Both the position numbers and the translations under genes were made by a program. Under the pieces are notes generated by a model. The model worked only from the letters and a program-made list of their open reading frames with translations. It searched no databases and was not told the origin of the DNA. Below are positions 15,410 to 27,284 of a stretch of 64,000 nt of DNA, in pieces. Position 1 is the first letter of the stretch. Each line of letters begins with the position of its first letter. The DNA is from Eledone cirrhosa (taxonomy: Eukaryota), in the NCBI GenBank assembly GCA_964016885.1, contig OZ024742.1:333312001-333376000 (forward strand), written 5' to 3'.

Positions 15410-16700
15410 GGCGGAAGATAAAGACAATGAGCTAGAGAAGAGATGGGAGACAGAGAAAGAGAGAATGTTTGTGTGAGATAGGGAGGTGGGGAGAAATACA
15501 GTCAGAGAGGGAGTGAGCGAAGGGCTTCGGGAATTTAGAATTAGTTGAAGGGATTAAGATTGAAGAAGAGGGGGTAAAGAAAGCCATGACTGGATGAGGA
15601 GGTGTTGTGTGGTTGGGTGTGAGTCTATGTGTGGGCTTGTGTAAGTTTGAGTGCGTCTATTTGTGTGTGTGAAGAGAGAGATAAATAGTTATAAATAGAG
15701 ACAAGAGAGAGAGAGGAAAACAGAAAGAAAGAAAGAAAAAAATAATAAATAAATAAAGAAAGAAAGAAAGAAAGATAGTGGTGGGTGGTTGAGTGGTTCG
15801 GAAACGATATGCGTTTTATGGGAGAGAATGTTTGATACAGGAGATTTAAAGAGGTTTAGAGAGAGAGAGTTTGAGAAGGAAATAGAGTGGTAAATAAGAA
15901 AAGTACTTCTTGATTATGTGGAGTGTATTTATGTGACAGCGGAACGAGATCGATAGATATGATTGATAGAAAGACGTAGTGAGATAGAATCAAGTAGTGA
16001 TAGGTTGAGGAATGTATAGAGAAACAGAGAGAGGGAGAGATAAGGAGTGGTAGGAAGAGGTGTGCATAGTAGGAGAGAGGGTGGCATAAATGATAAGAAG
16101 ATAAATATATATGATTGATAGAATAGGGTAGAGAAAATTATAGATAAGTCATGAAAGGTAGGAGGAATAGAGAGATTAAGAGACTTGTAGATAAGTACTG
16201 ATAGATATAGATAGGAAGAGAGGTTTAGATATGCAGTGATAAATATAGAAAGGTAGAGGTTAGAACCAGTGAAAGGTATAGAGATGTAGAGAGATATAGT
16301 TATATGTAGAGAGGAATATAGATAGTAAAGGGACAGAAAGCTAGAGCGGGAGGGAGGGTTGAGATACAGGGAGAGTACAGAAGGATAAAGGTAAGTAGGA
16401 AAAGTTAGATAACATTAGAAATAGTGATATGTAAGGCTGTGGAAGGTAGAGAGTACAGGGTGGGGGTAAACGAAGTTAAATATGGTGAAGAGACAGAGAT
16501 AGAAGAATATGTTGATTAAGCGAAAGACTGAGAGAACAAGATGTGGAGTTGGGGATTTTTAAGAGGAATAAAGGTTAGGAAAGAATAAATTTGGGTGGAG
16601 TATATAGCAGGGATTGTTGGGGAAAAGTCCATGTCTCAGGTTGGGAAAGAGTGAAACTGACAGAAAAATAGAAAAGGAAAGAAGGAAAGAGTGGGGGGAT
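15410..16700. repeat. Long purine-biased low-complexity tract (decayed GA/GATA repeats)
   Basis: The + strand is mostly A/G with very few C over ~1.3 kb. Confidence 0.8.
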
Positions 16701-16896
16701 TAAATCATTAACATCGATCCATCAAGACGCCCTCAAATTCAGATGAATTTGGGCATTTAAAGTTGGTGGAGGCTACTTATCTTTAGCTTTGAAGGCAGCT
16801 GGCTACTTTTAGAGAGAGGGGAAGTGAGAGAGATTATGTGATATGTGTGTAAGACAGCGAGAAGCAGAGAGTGTGTGTGTAATAGTGTGTGAGAAC

Positions 16897-16911
<15 letters not shown>

Positions 16912-16927
<16 letters not shown>

Positions 16928-16944
16928 CGAGAGAGAGAGAGAGA

Positions 16945-17015
<71 letters not shown>
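16912..17015. repeat. (GA)n microsatellite
   Basis: Direct observation. Confidence 0.95.
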
Positions 17016-17019
<4 letters not shown>

Positions 17020-17629
17020 TGCGTGTGTATGTGTGTGACACAGAGAGAATTGATCCAGTATTACTCTAATACATTCCTTACCGATGTCGAAAGGATGAAA
17101 AATAAAGTTGATCAGATTGAGATTTGAACCCAGTGTGCAGGGAAACGGAACCAAATAAGGCAAAACATTCTATCTGACGTTCTATCTTTTCTATGAATTT
17201 GCTGAATGAAGTAACACTGATACAACGCATATTCCAACTGATGGACCTCCAAGCAGTTTTCCTCTGACGAATTCTACTCACAAGGCTTTGGTTGACCTGA
17301 GGCTATGATAAGAGATATTTGCTTAAGATTACACACAATAAACCCAAACTCGTTTTTTTTTGTTTCTGTATCAGAAGTTTTTGGTATTTATGTCTCCCTT
17401 TATCGTAAGCAACCATAAATATTGCTGTCCATTCTTCTGTCTCACGTGCATCACACCAACAGATCGATAAACAGATTTATTGCGCAAATTGACATCACAG
17501 ATACAGTACCGCCTTAATGCACGAAACTACATTGTAGCAAGGTGGATGCATGCTAAATATTATTATTCACGCTCACAAGTACGCATACAGGCGGGGAAAA
17601 ATTAGTTATATTTTTTTAAATCATAAATG

Positions 17630-17890
17630 CTAGTTGAGAGCTTTTTCGAGACTGTGAAAATCTCTATCATGAAACGTTACTCCCATGGTCCTTCCGAGGA
17701 ACCCCTTTTCGGCCGGTTGTATTGACAATCGTATACTTTCAGACATTACACAAGATTCATGACCATAGGAAAGGATTGGCACGAATACCAAATTGAAGTT
17801 AGTGAGTTTGGCTTTTACCCCTACCTGACTTCTTCTGATTACAGAATGTTGAAGCTGGCGCATTACTGCACCAACACCTGTAATTCATGC
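17630..17890 (-). pseudogene. RTE-type LINE fragment (post-RT region)
   Basis: KAKLTNFNLVFVPILSYGHESCVM...IQPAEKGFLGRTMGVTFHDR. Confidence 0.7.
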
Positions 17891-18274
17891 ATTTAATTCA
17901 GTTCGCCATTTAATTCAGTTGTCCAACTGCATATATACATATATATGATAACTTAACTTTGATAACCTTCATAGGTTAGGTCAGTATTAGCCCACGACAT
18001 GTTTAATACAATAGCACCACCTGGCGAAATCTTTCTAATCATGATTTGGACACATGGCCAACTCAAATAAAAACATATAGGGAGACGGGGCGTTATCCGG
18101 AATCTTTTGGAGGAGTTTGTCCAGAGATAGTGGACAACACTATTTAACCTGGCGGCGGGCGACTGGAAATATATATAATCATACATATGAATATACATAT
18201 ATAATTTTATTTGTACATACACATATACACACATACACTAAGTTATATATAGACATAAATATAATGACATATAT

Positions 18275-18341
<67 letters not shown>

Positions 18342-18345
<4 letters not shown>

Positions 18346-18700
18346 TAAACGGAATAGAAAATGCTGACAAAGTGTTCACAGTGAAAAATAGTTTAATTAG
18401 GAATAAGTGATAATTAGTAATAGTATTGGTTAGTATTAAGTTTTGGTTTTAAGTTTTACCGGTTGCGCATTTCTAATGCTTTTCAAAAATAATTGTGAGA
18501 TAGAGCGGTCCGTGATGTTTGCTCTGATCTGATTAGTTTTGGGAATTCTACCTGTTTTTATGTTAAAAAGGTGGCTCCAGCGGTATTAAAATAAGTTTTG
18601 CGCCAATTCGTGTTACAAAAATTCTTGTGGTCAAAACAATTTTGATTGGATGGTAGAGGTCATGTGAATGTAAAATATTAATTTTGCGCCAAATGTAGGT
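18342..18700 (-). mobile_element. TA-abutting repeat, family C (longer copy)
   Basis: First ~190 bp match 25468-25660; abuts (TA)n; strand inferred by analogy with the other TA-abutting families. Confidence 0.65.
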
Positions 18701-18849
18701 TTGTGTCGGCTGACTGAGAGATAAGTCTTTCAGAACAAATATATATGTGTGTGTAGTAGTAGTAAAAAGGTTCGTTGTTGTGATAATCGTCAGCAGGGAT
18801 GTGTGTGCGAACCGCAGCCTGTTGACAGTTCAAATGCCTATTAAGACAA

Positions 18850-18890
<41 letters not shown>

Positions 18891-19036
18891 TCTTTGTATG
18901 TTAATGTACGCGCGTGTATGTGTGTGTGTATATATGTGTGTGTGTTGTGTGGGTGGATCAGTATTTATTTCTGTTAAAATGGTGTACATTATTCGTTATT
19001 TTCATTAAAATCGATTCTCTCAATAGAACATCAAAA

Positions 19037-19112
<76 letters not shown>

Positions 19113-19113
<1 letters not shown>

Positions 19114-19618
19114 TAAAACAATGAAATAAAAATCAAGTCATTATAGATATACTTCACTGTTTTACGATCGTTTCTATGTGATGCTAATACATTGTAGCAA
19201 TACTTCGTTATTGATCTATGTAAGGTTAGTTACAAAATATCAGATAAAGAGAATATTTACTTACATGCATATCACCAGCTGTTTTCAAAAGCATGATTGC
19301 TTTTGAAAACAGCTGGTGATATGCATGTAAGTAAATATTCTCTTTATCTGATATTTTACCTAACCTTACATAGATCAATAACGAAGTATTGTTACAATGT
19401 ATTAGCATCACATAGAAACGATCGTAAAGCAGTGAAGTATATCTCTAATGACTTGATTTTTTATTTCATTGTTTTAACTTATATCATGACTCTGTTTTCC
19501 TTTTAATGTTTTATTGTTTTCAGGGATTTATCTTAAGCTACAAGATTTTCAACATATGGATTACATTGAGTTCTTCATGCAGAATAGACCCCACAACTTA
19601 CCGTGGATATCTCTGTAC
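19113..19618 (+). mobile_element. Asymmetric palindromic element (arms ~19113-19292 and ~19298-19477, plus a 140-bp tail) between (TA)n tracts
   Basis: About 180-bp near-perfect inverted arms with a few-nt spacer; GAAA-CGATCG-TA hammerhead 3' half at 19415-19426. Confidence 0.85.
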
Positions 19619-19747
19619 ATATATATATATATATATAGTAATAATAATAAATTTGAAGACTAAAATCCAAAGAGGGCTCGAGAAGGATAAATATATATCA
19701 AATATATAAGAACCGTAGAACAAATATTTATTAAAATAACAGATTAA

Positions 19748-19798
19748 AGTTTAAGCAAAGAATCGCTGCTTTCACCCTTAACGGGATCTTCTGAAACT
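19748..19798 (-). ncRNA. Variant hammerhead fold in the Penelope-like 3' UTR
   Basis: AGTTT-CAGAAGA-T CCC gttaa GGG T-GAAA-GCA..TGC-TT-AAACT; three stems pair, core has U4A. Confidence 0.6.
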
Positions 19799-20391
19799 AA
19801 CAAAGTCAATCTGTAAACGCAGAACTGGATATTTCAAAAAACGTTGCAACCGGAGGAAGACAGGAAGACGATGCTTTGGTTCGTGGAAACGTTCGCTGGC
19901 TAAGAACGGGAAAAAACGAATATAATACGTCATTAATAGGAGCGGTGAAAAACAATTACGCGCAAAGGCAGAACCACGTTTATGGTATAAAAGAGGTCGT
20001 AGACTAATGTTCTCTTAGGTGGTGCATATAGACGTTCTCTGGCAATGAACGAGAAAAACGAAGATAATACGTCATATCTGGAGCGTGGAGAACAATAGCA
20101 CGCAAAGACAAAACCACGTAAATGGTATAGCAGAAGTCGTAGACTAAATTCAAACTAGGAGACCGAATGAATCTCCGCTACGGAGTTAAGAACAAAGTAA
20201 ATAAATACAATACAGAAGTAATAGAAATAAATAAATACATACACGCAAACAAAAACACACATACACAAGCATACGCAAAAACTTACCATAGGTAAACAAA
20301 ACCACGCACATATAAATATGTGTGTGTGTGTAAGCGTGTATAAAAATAAATAAATAATTATATAAACGTATATAAATAAATAAATACGTAT

Positions 20392-20559
20392 ATAACTGTG
20401 TCTACTTTTTGGCACAAGGCCAGCAATTACCCAGTGCATTACTGGTACTTTATTTTATCGACCCCGTAAGGATGAAAGGCAAAGTCAACCTCAGCGGGAT
20501 TTGAACTCAGATCGTTAAGGGACGTAACTATGCTGGAAAGCATGGCATCCGACCCTCTA
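20392..20559 (-). mobile_element. SINE family A, 5'-truncated, inserted in the left Penelope arm only
   Basis: Matches the family consensus; absent from the equivalent position in the right arm (~24472-24502). Confidence 0.9.
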
Positions 20560-20779
20560 AACGAATGTTCGGAGACGTAAGTCAACCAAAACATGAATTA
20601 CACATATACACACGCCCTACATACGTACGAACCTGCATACTCACACAGACGCAAAACTCCCGTATAAACATAGCCGAACCATATGTACCAGAATATATAA
20701 AAGTATTATACGCCATAACAATCAAATATACGTACGAGAAGGTATACGTACCTTCACAAAACATACGGATAAAATATAC

Positions 20780-22482
20780 TTACCTATGCAAATAAGTAAA
20801 GGTATAAACAAAACATATACTTAGCTCCCACATCAAGACGTAAAATATCCACGTATAGATCGTACTATCCGTTAGGCTATAACGTGGGCTGTAATACAGG
20901 AAAGTTTTGTGCAATTTATGTTTACAAGCCGAAATTGCCTCAGATTTTTTGTTTAAGATGTGGTCTGTGGCGTAGAGTATCTCCAGGGCCTCAGCGGCGC
21001 AGCGGTCACATGGTCTTTTATTTCCGTTATACGATCTAGCCCTAGCTAGGATCTCCCTGTGTAACTTATATTGGGTGTGGTTGTCATTTAGACTCCAGAT
21101 ATAAGCTGAAAGTGACGTCATATTCCTTCTTAGAGGGTAACGAAAAGAATGGGTATGCATGTAAAGACGCTGCTTGAATCTATTGGCGGTTAACCCTATG
21201 TAGGCCCTACGGGACGTGGGTGTTACAACCTTACATTTGTAGACTATGTTACTAGAGAGGCATTTCCCGGATAGGAGGCAATCAACCCGATTCCTACAAT
21301 TACAGTTAGTACTAACTACAGGGTTGCACGTGTTCCTACGGCTAGGTAGTTTAGCTAAATTTTAAGCTGTGATGTTATGTGCAAGGTTGGGAGTCGTAGA
21401 GTAAGAAATTTTAATAGTATTTCTATTAAAAAAGTTACTATATTTATGTGTAGGGCAAAATGCTTCGTAATAAGGGAAAGAAAGATCTTAGCTAATGGTG
21501 TGGCCACCTCCGTATTACATGTTGGGTTATACCAACAAATACGACGGGATCTATTTCTGCTAGGTCTATTTTCGTACTCTGTATATGCTACCTTATCGAC
21601 AAATCCACTTCGAGCAAGAGCTTCATTGTAATAAGTGGAATGGTCGTTGAAAATACGCTCGTTGGTGGAAAGAGGGGAAAGCCTCAACGAAACGTTTCTT
21701 ACCAGGTTCTTGGTTATGCTGGCAGGATGGTTGGAATGCTTACTTATGTAATTAAGCGTATCATTCGGCTTTATATACGGGTAATACAACCCATTCAATA
21801 AGTGAAAGGTAACGTCGAGGTAATTAACGACCGAGAGATTGGCCTCAACCTGTATAGAGAGGTTGAAGCCTTTAAAGAAGGCTGTGAGTTCTTTTCTGAA
21901 CCTGTCGCAAGCACGAGGTCCGCACTTAGTCATGGTCAAAAGACCATCGTCACGGTACAAACCAACGCCCGCGTTGGGGAATTCGTCCTTGATAGAGAAA
22001 AGAAGAAAAAGGCCGATAAGATCAGTAACCTCCGCAGAATCACTGGCGCCCATACTCACGTCGAATGGGGTACTATTGGATTTTTTTATCCAAATAGAGT
22101 CGTCGAAATTAATCACCGGCTTTCGGGCATTGTGGATGACATCAACTTAGAAATCCTTAACCACTGTGAGTGTTTTAGCGAAATTGATAGCTCTAAGGAG
22201 AAGTGGTAAAGTGATGGATGAGTAGTAATTGTTGATGTCGAATTGGATAAAACGGCAATGTTCCTTGTTACATATGCCGTTGAACCAATCAATCACCGCG
22301 AAGGAATTGTTCCACAGTGCAAGAGGTGCCAAACTTCTAATTTCAGGTATAATTCTATCAAGAATCGTCTTACTACGTCTACCTAAATCGGACTTCGTAG
22401 GGTAAATAAGCCGAATAGAGGGGTTGTTCGGAAAATTGGATTTGTGATCCTTCAGGGTAAAGTGGGGAGAAATAGGGTCCAA
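20780..22482 (-). pseudogene. Penelope-like RT + GIY-YIG ORF, disrupted (left arm)
   Basis: ORFs 22147-22482, 21355-22116 and 20780-21160 join across an in-frame TAA and a frameshift. Confidence 0.9.
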
Positions 22483-22487
22483 ATGCC

Positions 22488-24160
22488 GTGCACGTCCATT
22501 CCGACAAAACTAGCAACCTATATCAAGTAGAGCGCAGTACTTACCATCATAATGCTGTAACTAAGGATTACCTTAAAACTAATCGGTGCGTCATCAATGA
22601 AATCAACGATGCTGGGTTTAAAATCACATCTGATCTCAACATCCTGGACCGGACCGAACCTCTGGACCCTATTTCTCCCCACTTTAACCTGAAGCATCAC
22701 AAATCCAATTTTCCGAACAAACTCTCTATTCGGCTTATTAACCCTACGAAGTCCGATTTAGGTAGACTTAGTAAGACGATTCTTGATAGAATTATACCTG
22801 AAATTAGAAGTTTGGCCCCTCTTGCACTGTGGAACAATTCCTTCGCGGTGATTGATTGGTTCAACGGCATATGTAACAAGGAACATTGCCGTTTTATCCA
22901 ATTCGACATCAACAATTACTACTCCTCCATCACTTTACCACTTCTCCTTAGAGCTATCAATTTCGCTAAAACACTCACAGTGGTTAAGGATTTCTAAGTT
23001 GATGTCATCCACAATGCTCGAAAGCCGGTGATTAATTTCGACGACTCTATTTGGATTAAAAAATCCAATAGTACCCCATTCGACGTGAGTATGGGTGCCA
23101 GTGATACTGCGGAGGTTACTGATCTTATCGGCCTTTTCCTTCTTTTCTCTATCAAGGACGAATTCCCCAACGCGGGCGGTGGTTTGTACCGTGACGATGG
23201 TATTTTGACCATCACTAAGTGCGGACCTCGTGCTTGCAACAGGTTCAGAAAAGAACTCACAGCCTTCTTTAAAGGCTTCAACATCTCTATACAGGTTGAG
23301 GCCAATCTCTCGGTCGTTAATTACCTCGACGTTACCCTCAACTTATTGAATGGGTTGTATTACCCGTGTAGAAAGCCGAGTGATACGCTTAATTACATAA
23401 GTAAGCATTCCAACCATCCTGCCAGCATAACCAAGAACCTGGTAAGAAACGTTTCGTTGAGGCTTTCCTGTCATTCCACCAACGAGCGTATTTTCAACGA
23501 CCATTCCAATTATTACAATGAAGCTCTTGTTCGAAGTGGATTTGTCGATAAGGTAGCATATACAGAGTACGAAAATAGACCTAGAAGAAATAGATCCCGT
23601 CGCATTTGTTGGTATAACCCAAATGTTCTTACTCTACGACTCCTAACCTTGCACATACCACCACAGCTTCAAATTTAGCTAAACTACCTAGCCGTAGGAA
23701 CACGTGCAACCCTGTAGTTAGTACTATCTGTAATTGTAGGAATCGGGTTGATTGCCCCCTATCCGGGAAATCCCTCTCTAGTAACATTGTCTACAAATGT
23801 AAGGTTGTAACACCCACGTCCCGTAGGGTCTACATAGGGTTAACCGCCAATAGATTCAAGCAGCGTCTTTACATGCATACCCATTCTTTTCGTTACCCTC
23901 TAAGAAGGAATATGACGTCACTTTCAGCTTATATCTGGAGTCTAAAGACAACCACACCCAATATAAGTTACACTGGGAGATCCTAGCTAGGGCTAGATCG
24001 TATAACGGAAATAAAAGACCATGTGACCGCTGCGCCGCTGAGGCCCTGGAGATACTCTACGCCACAGACCACATCTTAAACAAAAAATCTGAGGCAATTT
24101 CGGCTTGTAAACATAAATTGCACAAAACTTTCCTGTATTACAGCCCCACGTTATACCCTA
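22488..24160 (+). pseudogene. Penelope-like RT + GIY-YIG ORF, disrupted (right arm)
   Basis: RLINPTKSDLGRLSK, YRDDG, NYLDVTL, SNHP, WYNP, YIGLTANRFKQR; in-frame TAA at 22995-22997. Confidence 0.9.
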
Positions 24161-25088
24161 ACGGAAAGTACGATCTATACGTGGATATTTTACGTCTCGA
24201 TGTGGGAGCAAAGTATATGTTTTGTTTATACCTTTACTTATTTGCATAGGTAAGTATATTTTATCCGTATGTTTTGTGAAGGTACGTATACCTTCTCGTA
24301 CGTATATTTGATTGTTATGGCGTATAATTTTTTTATATATTCTGGTACATATGGTTCGGCTATGTTTATACGGGAGTTTTGCGTCTGTGTGAGTATGCAG
24401 GTTCGTACGTATGTAGGGCGTGTGTATATGTGTACTTCATGTTTTGGTTGACTTACGTCTCCGAACATTCGTGTATTTACATGTAGGTACGTGTGTGCAC
24501 TTGTTATATACGTATTTATTTATTTATATACGTTTATATAATTATTTATTTATTTGTATACACGTTTACACACACACACATATTTATATGTGCGTGGTTT
24601 TGTTTACCTATGGTAAGTTTTGAGTATGCTTTTGTATGTACATATTTGTTTGCGCGTATGTATTTATTTATTTCTATTACTTCTGTATTGTATTTATTTA
24701 CTTTGTTCTTAACTCCGTAGCGGAGATTCATTCGGTCTCCTGGTTTGAATTTAGTCTACCACTTCTGCTATACCATTTACGTGGTTTTGTCTTTGCGTGC
24801 TATTGTTCTCGAGGCTCCACATATGACGTTTTTCTCGTTCATTGCCAGAGAACGTCTCTATGCACCACCTAAGAGAACATTAGTCTACGACCTCTTTTAT
24901 ACCATAAACGTGGTTCTGTCTTTGCGCGTAATTGTTTTTCACCGCTCCTATTAATGACGTATTATATTTGTTTTTTCCCGTTCTTAGCCAGCGAATGTTT
25001 CCACGAACCAAAGTATCGTCTTCCTGTCTTCCTCCGGTTGCAACGTTTTCTGAAATATCCAGTTCTGCGTTTACAGATTGACTTTGTT

Positions 25089-25139
25089 AGTTTCAGAAGA
25101 TCCGGTTAAGGGTGAAAGCAGCGATTCTTTGCTTAAACT
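25089..25139 (+). ncRNA. Variant hammerhead fold (right-arm copy)
   Basis: Same fold as 19748-19798 with one stem II mismatch. Confidence 0.55.
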
Positions 25140-25166
25140 TTAATCTGTTATTTTAATAAATATATA

Positions 25167-25252
<86 letters not shown>

Positions 25253-25253
<1 letters not shown>

Positions 25254-25450
25254 ACAAAGAAGGTGTGGTAAGATACCGTGTGGACCATAATGCTGCAGAG
25301 TAGTGGATAGTTAGGCTAATAGAGTGCGTAATATAAAAAGAGTCAGGACCCCGACGGATGTGCTCCGACGTTTCAACAGTTAGATACAAACTGTACGGAT
25401 CTAGTTGTCGAAATGGCCGGAGCTCAGCCGTAGGGGTCCTGATTATTTTC
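25253..25450 (-). mobile_element. TA-flanked family B-related element with a terminal inversion
   Basis: GTGGTAAG..GTGGACCATAA tail; TCAGGACCCC...GGGGTCCTGA inverted arms; GAAA-TGGC cggagctca GCCG-TA, similar to the 3.1-kb element. Confidence 0.65.
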
Positions 25451-25467
25451 ATATATATATATATATA

Positions 25468-25786
25468 TTGGTAAAAGGAAAAGAAAATGCTGACAAATTG
25501 TTCCCAGTGAAAAATAGTTTAATTAGGAATAAGCAAAAATTAGTAATAAGTATTGGTTAGTATACAGTTTTGGTTTTAAATTTTTTACTTGTTGCGCATT
25601 TCTAATGCTTTTCAAAAATAATTTTGATATAGAGCGTTCGTGATGTTTGCTGTAATCTGGTAAACCGGTAAAAACTTAAAACCAAACTGAATACTAACCA
25701 ATACTTATTACTAATTTTTACTTATCCCAAATTAAACTATTTTTCACTGGGAACATTTTGACAGCATTTTCTTTTCCTTTTACCAA
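25468..25786. mobile_element. Family C element with ~120-bp inverted arms (25468-25590 and 25665-25786)
   Basis: TTGGTAAAAGGAAAAGAAAATGCTG...CAGCATTTTCTTTTCCTTTTACCAA; related to 18342. Confidence 0.8.
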
Positions 25787-25815
25787 ATATCATAACTCGT
25801 GTGTTACACCTCTAT

Positions 25816-25928
<113 letters not shown>

Positions 25929-25941
25929 TATAAATATATAT

Positions 25942-26053
25942 AAAAAGAGTTCCAACGGTGACATATATGTGTACTTAAGTTTCGTTGGGTTATACACCCC
26001 ATTTCATTCAGCTTGTTATGTATAATGGGCTGAATGAATTAGTGTGTATAACG
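25942..26053 (-). mobile_element. TA-abutting element with a hammerhead 3' half and a short inversion
   Basis: Minus strand GAAA-CTTAAG-TA; adjacent imperfect palindrome GTTATACAC..TTCATTCAGC / GCTGAATGAA..GTGTATAAC. Confidence 0.5.
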
Positions 26054-26164
26054 TAGCGGTACCTGTTACTGTTGTAACCAATTATACTTAACTCGTCCTA
26101 TGCACTGAGTGTTCTTACCCTTGAATATTTCTATTATTTCAAAATTATAGTACAGTTTATATAT

Positions 26165-26230
<66 letters not shown>

Positions 26231-26231
26231 A

Positions 26232-26410
26232 GTTATTCCGGGTTGAATCGGAGGTAACCACAGTAAGTAAGGTACTCAATACATAGCAAGTGTATAAATG
26301 TTTTAATAACTTCTACAGGACTAGAACTGTTTCATTCGTGAGAAATCATCAGGGTTTCCTGATGATATCTCACGAATGAAACAGTTCTAGTCCTATAGAA
26401 GCTCTTCTAT
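26232..26410. mobile_element. Family D palindromic hammerhead element
   Basis: Tail GTTATTCCGGGTTGAATCGGAG..., then two inverted hammerhead copies (26310-26401); homologous to 46036-46217. Confidence 0.85.
26353..26403 (+). ncRNA. Type I hammerhead motif, family D (two point mutations in the stems)
   Basis: GGTTTC-CTGATGA-T atc tcac GAA T-GAAA-CAG ttctagtc CTA-TA-GAAGCT. Confidence 0.65.
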
Positions 26411-26414
26411 ATTA

Positions 26415-26495
<81 letters not shown>

Positions 26496-26528
26496 TAAAT
26501 CTATGCATATATAACAAATTTAATATAG

Positions 26529-26577
26529 AAATGGCTTCTACAGGACTAGAACTATTCATTCGAAGGAAATCATCCTG
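26529..26577 (-). repeat. Degenerate family D hammerhead segment
   Basis: GGCTTCTACAGGACTAGAACTATTCATTCGAAGGAAATCATC. Confidence 0.7.
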
Positions 26578-27284
26578 AAACTTAACCTTTAAATACGCTA
26601 AATTTATTTTACCGCAATTAATTAACGCTTAAACACGGTTTAAGTTATTTTACAGTGTAAAACACCATTAAATTCATAGCCCTACGCTTTTCATTTGTAA
26701 ACCTGATGTAACCCATAATTCTTTTAGAATTTCCCTTTCAGCAAATATTTACATATATACATAAATATATATATTATACCAAAAGCTTATTTTTTATAAG
26801 CAGACAGTATTATTGATTTAGGTGTTGCAGACACCCAAATTCGGAGTATTCCATCTTCCCCGAGGGTCCGAGTAACTATTTCAATCATATCTTATTTTGT
26901 TTGACCCGTTTAGCTTGTTCGCTTATTTGGCTCTGGTGGTTAATGGCTTCTTAACCATGGTCTCAGTTTGTATGACTTTTTAAACTTATGTTTATAACTC
27001 TGGTATCTTCATATCCATGGACCGCTAGTCTACACAATACGGAAGTTGTGTTTCGCTAATTTCTACCCGCCGAAATGCGATTCTCGCTAAATTTATATTT
27101 GTATTAATCTCCCAAGTCAAGCGATTAACCAATCACTTTTTTTGGCTTTTTAGTTAATTCTATTGACTGATTATTCGCCTAAGTTTATTTTAAAAACAAC
27201 TCGGCCGAGAGCTTTATTCGTTTTGTGCTAGACGATGCCAGCCGAACAACAGAGCTGCGATGGAGTTGTTCTGCATGGTTGTCT

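Larger units (their letters stand above)
19636..22481 (-). mobile_element. Penelope-like retroelement (Naiad-like), left arm, 5'-truncated
   Basis: RT motifs FIQFDINNYYSSI, DVSMGA and GLYRDDG; GIY-YIG region CNCR..CxxxGKCL, IVYKC...YIGLT; ~1.1-kb 3' UTR ending at (TA)n. Confidence 0.92.
22486..25160 (+). mobile_element. Penelope-like retroelement (Naiad-like), right arm, 5'-truncated
   Basis: Inverted copy of the left arm, ~175 bp longer at the 5' end, with a ~110-bp deletion near 23621; ends at (TA)n. Confidence 0.92.

Noticed and set aside
20900-21310. Selenocysteine recoding, as reported for some Naiad elements
   Set aside because: The conserved Cys positions I read use TGT/TGC; the shared internal stop is TAA, not TGA
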